Part shown: positions 59,532-64,000 of the stretch, one piece after another
How the letters are laid out: every line of letters starts with the position of its first letter
How positions within the stretch are numbered: position 1 is the stretch's first letter
From: an uncultured virus (IMG/VR IMGVR_UViG_2837005551_000004)
Lineage: Duplodnaviria > Heunggongvirae > Uroviricota > Caudoviricetes
IMG/VR virus record: IMGVR_UViG_2837005551_000004
DNA length: 64,000 bases
Strand: one strand, 5' to 3'
The notes under the pieces: generated by a model
Database searches by the model: none
Seen by the model: only the letters and a program-made list of their open reading frames with translations
Told to the model about the DNA's origin: nothing
Translations under genes and position numbers: made by a program

Positions 59532-59711
59532 ATGAAAGAACTACTTGATCAGATCGAAAAACTCACTGCATCTTTCCAGAGAGATGCCTGCTCTCAGCTC
59601 GACAAGGGCAACAAGGCCGCGGGACTCCGCGCACGTCGCGCATCCCTTGAACTGGAGCCGTTGCTAAAACGCTTCCGCAAACTCTCGCTGGATGCCGCCA
59701 ATACAAAATGA
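59532..59711 (+). CDS. Histone H1-like (Hc1) protein, 59 aa (not in ORF track)
   Basis: KGNKAAGLRARRASLEL...KRFRKLS. Confidence 0.85.
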   Translation: MKELLDQIEKLTASFQRDACSQLDKGNKAAGLRARRASLELEPLLKRFRKLSLDAANTK

Positions 59712-59718
59712 TGCAAAT

Positions 59719-60366
59719 ATGAAACATACCCCTTTTCAGGAAATTGTAATACGGATTAACAAATCACTTCCACAAAAAGATAACGAGATTGCACATATGG
59801 CTATGAGCAGAACTCGGCCATTACTTGCTGTCCGTCAAAGAAATGGCATTACAACATGTCTCTTTTGTGGGAACACAATGGTTTATCGAGAAACAAATCG
59901 TTATGCCAAGTGTCATGAATGTGAAAAAAACGTTGAGATTATCGAAGAAGATGATTGGTTGGCTTATAAAAGATGTGTTCCGCTATACTTTGCCTCCCTT
60001 GAAGTGATCGATAATATCCAGTTGATGCGAACCTATGAGACCATTTTTCGTTACTCAGTTATCAATCAACTGAACGATGTTTCAGTCCATGAACTTTGTC
60101 GGCATTGGATGACTTCTGAAGGATACTGTGAAGTAACGTCTTTGCGTCGCTTTTGTGGAGCTTATTTAACACCGTTCAGGTCTATGGTATTACGTAATTC
60201 TTCAACCGATAATGAGGATTATATCGCAAACCATGCCATTGTGCTTCCGAATATGACATTATTATCGGAACTTGATGGCAAACTTGATATGTACGAAAAA
60301 CTGATACAGGGTAATATACTTGCTACAATAAAGAAGATACTTAAACCTAACAATTCACATATATAG
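59719..60366 (+). CDS. Zinc-ribbon protein (PcfJ N-terminal-like)
   Basis: CLFCG...CHEC; E..RHW. Confidence 0.5.
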   Translation: MKHTPFQEIVIRINKSLPQKDNEIAHMAMSRTRPLLAVRQRNGITTCLFCGNTMVYRETNRYAKCHECEKNVEIIEEDDWLAYKRCVPLYFASLEVIDNIQLMRTYETIFRYSVINQLNDVSVHELCRHWMTSEGYCEVTSLRRFCGAYLTPFRSMVLRNSSTDNEDYIANHAIVLPNMTLLSELDGKLDMYEKLIQGNILATIKKILKPNNSHI

Positions 60367-60407
60367 ATTCTGCGTCCTTAAAGTATCATTTAGGACGATT
60401 CATGGTC

Positions 60408-60439
60408 ATCAACCTCGACTCGTGAGAGCCGAGGTTGAT
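60408..60439 (+). terminator. Terminator-like hairpin
   Basis: ATCAACCTCG...CGAGGTTGAT. Confidence 0.65.
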
Positions 60440-60521
60440 TATATTATCTTGACATTGTGTGGAGATGTACTTTACATGCTTGGTTCCAAGACATAAAAAT
60501 TTCCGTTTATAATGTTCACCA

Positions 60522-60740
60522 TGGCTTCTGCGGCCGTTGGTTTTTCGCTACGAAGTAACGGCGGCCGGTGACGCCGGCAAGCGACCGCCTCCGGCTTGGC
60601 TGTATGAAAAAATCCGGCAGCCTTCCACGATTTGTGCCAAATCGGGTATTCCGTATTTTTTCACTTGCCACACTTGCCTTGCGCCACCTGTGCCCTCCGT
60701 CTTGATTGTATCGAAAAAATCCCCCGGACGCGAGAAGCCA
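60522..60740. promoter_or_regulatory. Long imperfect hairpin upstream of parB (candidate ssDNA promoter)
   Basis: Nested complementary segments TGGCTTCT/AGAAGCCA, TTTTTCG/CGAAAAA, GGCAAG/CTTGCC, TGAAAAAAT/ATTTTTTCA, CGATTTG/CAAATCG. Confidence 0.6.
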
Positions 60741-60798
60741 CAAGGCTTCAAACAAAAGGGAAAAAACAAAAAACTCAAACATCTAAAACCCTCAAATT

Positions 60799-62640
60799 AT
60801 GGAAGCAACAGCAATTCAGACCAACACCGCAAACGTACAGGAAGCCACAATCTCCCTCGCTCTCATTCAGCCGAGCAACTACACCCCCCGTAAGAATTTC
60901 GACGAGCAGAGCCTCACCGAACTCGCTGACTCTATCAGCCGTCAAGGTATTCTCCACGCGATAGGTGTGCGACCAATCGCCGGCACCGACCGCTACGAAA
61001 TCGTGTATGGCGAGCGAAGATACCGCGCCTCCCTCATTGCAGGGAAAGAGGACATCAAGGCAACTGTCTATACTGACCTTTCTGATGATGAAGCCGAACA
61101 AAAGGCTATTGCGGAGAACCTGCACCGCCAGGACATCACGCCTATGGAAGAAGCCGAGACGTTAAAGGCTGCAATCGCCAGCGGACGCTACGACTATGCC
61201 ACACTCGCCACGCAGATAGGCAAGAGCGAGAACTATATCCGCACCCGAATAAAGCTCACAACCCTCATACCCGAAATCGCACGGCTGATTGACACCGAAG
61301 AAATCACGGTAGCAGTGGCAACCGAAATAAGCCGTTACGGAAAGGACGTACAGACTGATGTTTACAACTCTCACCTCAAAGACGGTGTGGTACACAATAA
61401 TTGGCGAACTATGAACGCCTCAAATGTGGCACGGCTCATTGAGCGGAACTACACAACTGACTTAAGCCGTTACAAATTCGACAAATCGGCATGTGCCTCA
61501 TGCCCCCACAACACCCGAAACCTCCTGCTGTTCTGCGAGGGCAGTTGCGATGGCAACTGCGCCAATACCGCTTGCCTCAGAGAAAAGCAGACCACTTATC
61601 TTCTTGACAAAGCTTTTTACGGCTCTGAGTTATTTCCGATGGCAAAATTTGGCCAGACAGAGTACGATTCCAACGATATGGTTGTTGAACGTCTTGTAAA
61701 CTTCGGCTATGACGTTGAAAAAATAGGGAATAATTCAATCCCATTTCCAATGTGGCCAATGCAACCGGAACAAGACTGCTTCAGTTCCGATGTTGAATAT
61801 TCCATAGCCGTTGAAGAATACGAACAGAATAAAGAAAAATGCAAAAATGATCGAGCGACAATCGAGAATATGGCAAGAGAGGGGAAAGCATCGCTTTATG
61901 TATGTATTGGCCGATACGATATTACATTATGCTACATTCCCACTGCTGAGGGTAATTTGGGGGATGTTGATAGCGAGATCGCCAATTTGGAGGCAAAGGA
62001 CAAACGCAATAAAGAGATAGCCGTGGAGCGTACTATCGAGGACACAAAGAAGATAATTCTCGAAGCCGACATCACCGAGACAAAGTTCTCGCAGGACGAG
62101 GACAAGATGATATATTTCTTCCTGCTCTCATCGCTCCGCAAAGAGCATTACGAGGCCGTCGGACTTACAGACCGCAAATCTCAATTCGCACTCAGCGACA
62201 GCGAGAAAATGACAATCATCGCCAATCTTAACGCCAAAACAAAGGCGATAATCTGCAGGGATTTTCTGATTGACAATTTCAAGGGCGCTTATCGTGACAA
62301 TGCGATCGCCGACCTACTGCTCTCATTTGCCAAGAAGCACATGCCGGAAGAACTCGCTAACATCGAAACCAAGTACAAGGATGTTTATGAGAAGCGACAC
62401 CAACGCATAGAGGAACGCAAGGCTCTACTAGCCAAAGATGCCGAACCCAAAGCAACCAAGCCGGAAGCCATGGACGCACCCCAAGAAGAACCTATGCCGG
62501 AAGCTGAACCAACCACGGAAGATACCACTCCCGACACTTCCGAGGCAGAGACCGAGGCTATCCAATACGAGCCAACGGAAGAAGAAGCCGAAGCGATACT
62601 GACCGAAGAAGAAAGGTACTGCGAAGAAGCTGTTGCATAA
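60799..62640 (+). CDS. parB: ParB-family protein
   Basis: PRKNFDE.SL.ELA.SI...G, YEIVYGERRYRA, ENLHRQDI. Confidence 0.9.
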   Translation: MEATAIQTNTANVQEATISLALIQPSNYTPRKNFDEQSLTELADSISRQGILHAIGVRPIAGTDRYEIVYGERRYRASLIAGKEDIKATVYTDLSDDEAEQKAIAENLHRQDITPMEEAETLKAAIASGRYDYATLATQIGKSENYIRTRIKLTTLIPEIARLIDTEEITVAVATEISRYGKDVQTDVYNSHLKDGVVHNNWRTMNASNVARLIERNYTTDLSRYKFDKSACASCPHNTRNLLLFCEGSCDGNCANTACLREKQTTYLLDKAFYGSELFPMAKFGQTEYDSNDMVVERLVNFGYDVEKIGNNSIPFPMWPMQPEQDCFSSDVEYSIAVEEYEQNKEKCKNDRATIENMAREGKASLYVCIGRYDITLCYIPTAEGNLGDVDSEIANLEAKDKRNKEIAVERTIEDTKKIILEADITETKFSQDEDKMIYFFLLSSLRKEHYEAVGLTDRKSQFALSDSEKMTIIANLNAKTKAIICRDFLIDNFKGAYRDNAIADLLLSFAKKHMPEELANIETKYKDVYEKRHQRIEERKALLAKDAEPKATKPEAMDAPQEEPMPEAEPTTEDTTPDTSEAETEAIQYEPTEEEAEAILTEEERYCEEAVA

Positions 62641-62664
62641 AGCGACAAGCCCCTATGTTTGAGC

Positions 62665-62696
62665 AAGCCACCCCATACCGAAGCGTGGGGTGGCTT
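62665..62696 (+). terminator. Terminator-like hairpin after parB
   Basis: AAGCCACCCCA...TGGGGTGGCTT. Confidence 0.7.
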
Positions 62697-63121
62697 ATAC
62701 TCATAGGTTCCCAAAGTATCTTCTTCAGGAAACCCTATATATCGAACGCGATACTTGGAAAATTAAGGGCTTGTCGCCACCGCTTGCTTCCAAATCATAT
62801 GAAAAATTAGGCGATAAGCCGTGTCAGTGGCTCGCGGATCCACAGGCACGGCACATCGCCTTGTGGTGTTTACCGTTTGCCCGACTGATTCCATGTCTCA
62901 CACCGAGTCAGCTTCGGGCAGTTCTGATTTTGGATGTGATGTCCGGCTGAAGCCGGAGGCGGCGACAACGCCAGAGCAAAGCGAGGGCAGGCCTTCGCCC
63001 GACTCTCGCGTTGTCGCCTTTCTTTGGAATACCAATCTGCAAACGATGACTTCGGCCGCTTCAAGGCTGGCACATTGAAACGGCAAGAGTCAAAGGTAGC
63101 CGGTTCTTTCCCTTGAAGATT

Positions 63122-63360
63122 TTGAGCCTCGGCAGGGACAGGCGTTTGGGCGTGCGAAGTTACTGCGTCCGGGAGGAACGTCAAGTGACGCTGCGCTTGT
63201 GGTCGGCGTCCGCACTCGTGAGCCTCCACAAATTCTTCTCGTGCCTCGAACAATTTGGGTATCCCTCGCTTGCCGCTGACTACACACTTGCCTTATCCTA
63301 CCTTTTGGCCGCAGTTGTGGAACTGCACGAAAAACGGCCAGCCCTGCCGGAGAAGCTCAA
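63122..63360. promoter_or_regulatory. Second long imperfect hairpin (candidate ssDNA promoter)
   Basis: TTGAGC/GCTCAA, CGGCAGGG/CCCTGCCG, ACTGCG/CGCAGT, CAAGTG/CACTTG. Confidence 0.6.
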
Positions 63361-63408
63361 AGAGCTTCAAACAAAAAGGGAGAAAATTAACTTAAACATC
63401 AAAAAACA

Positions 63409-63624
63409 ATGGCAAAATTCAGAGTCAGAACAAAGTACATATTCAGTGGCTTCTTCGACATAGAGGCTGAAAACGAGGCACAGGCAAAGGAGTATGTTGA
63501 AAAACACTGCGGATTGGTTATAGGCAGTGACATACATTCCTCTCTACCTGATGATGAAGTGAACTGGGAGTTCCCAGTTCACCCTGACACAAAAATTGGC
63601 AAGACCACAAGAATTAAACCGTAG
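63409..63624 (+). CDS. Small hypothetical protein
   Basis: A-rich leader, 71 aa ORF. Confidence 0.7.
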   Translation: MAKFRVRTKYIFSGFFDIEAENEAQAKEYVEKHCGLVIGSDIHSSLPDDEVNWEFPVHPDTKIGKTTRIKP

Positions 63625-63659
63625 TATAAAATACACAACCGCTCAAACCCCAAAAGACT

Positions 63660-64000
63660 ATGCACAGCACTATTTATCAAATCAGCACCGAGCCGATAGC
63701 CGAGAACGACTATCTGAACAGCGACCGTATAGTGGCAGGAGAAAACGCCTCTATATCCTATTTGTACGAAAACTCCGAGGACGGACGCAAGTTCGACATC
63801 CGTTTTCTTCTTGAACATATACTGCCGAAAGGTATGTTTACGCCCATCGAAGAAAGCACCCTTACCTACAATGGTGGCTTCGCAATATGGCGAAAATCCC
63901 ATTTCGACAACATCAAGGCTATCTCTGCCGAACTTACCCCTGCAAACGTGATGAAATGGAACGGACCAATAGGGCAACTGAAAAAAGCCATTATCAATCC
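63660..64000 (+). CDS. Hypothetical protein, runs off window
   Basis: MHSTIYQIS... open to the end. Confidence 0.65.
   Translation, partial: MHSTIYQISTEPIAENDYLNSDRIVAGENASISYLYENSEDGRKFDIRFLLEHILPKGMFTPIEESTLTYNGGFAIWRKSHFDNIKAISAELTPANVMKWNGPIGQLKKAIIN

Larger units (their letters stand above)
42556..64000 (+). mobile_element. Bacteroidota conjugative element (ICE), partial
   Basis: traK-M-N-O, coupling protein, ArdC, primase, ParB. Confidence 0.9.

Overview
Bacteroidales-type mobile DNA throughout (TAnnTTTG promoters, Bacteroidota tra genes), arranged as nested layers. (1) <1-~35258: a nearly complete Mu-like transposable, contractile-tailed prophage. It has a repressor, MuA, MuB and an early operon, plus two divergent late arms driven from one symmetric promoter, an initiator-type tRNA-Met, and a methyltransferase / thymidylate-synthase-like cassette at the far left. 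(2) ~35259-37363: the repressor end of a second Mu-like prophage, interrupted by the first. (3) ~37364-42555: a mobilizable element (excisionase, oriT, mob pair) interrupted by prophage 2. (4) ~42555->64000: a conjugative element whose traK is interrupted by element 3. It carries traM/N/O, a coupling protein, TraX, a YafQ toxin-antitoxin pair, Fic, an ORF-less group IIC intron, ArdC, primase and ParB. The strongest novel signal is a textbook -1 frameshift cassette (U-UUU-UUC, 6-nt spacer, strong hairpin) at the end of the portal gene. It would fuse the portal in frame to a MuF protein ending in a HEXXH metallopeptidase domain, and a convergent, separately promoted Cys-rich gene is a candidate immunity partner. 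The first ~5.3 kb has many single-base indels, probably consensus errors. All family calls come from motif recognition and synteny; no database search was run.
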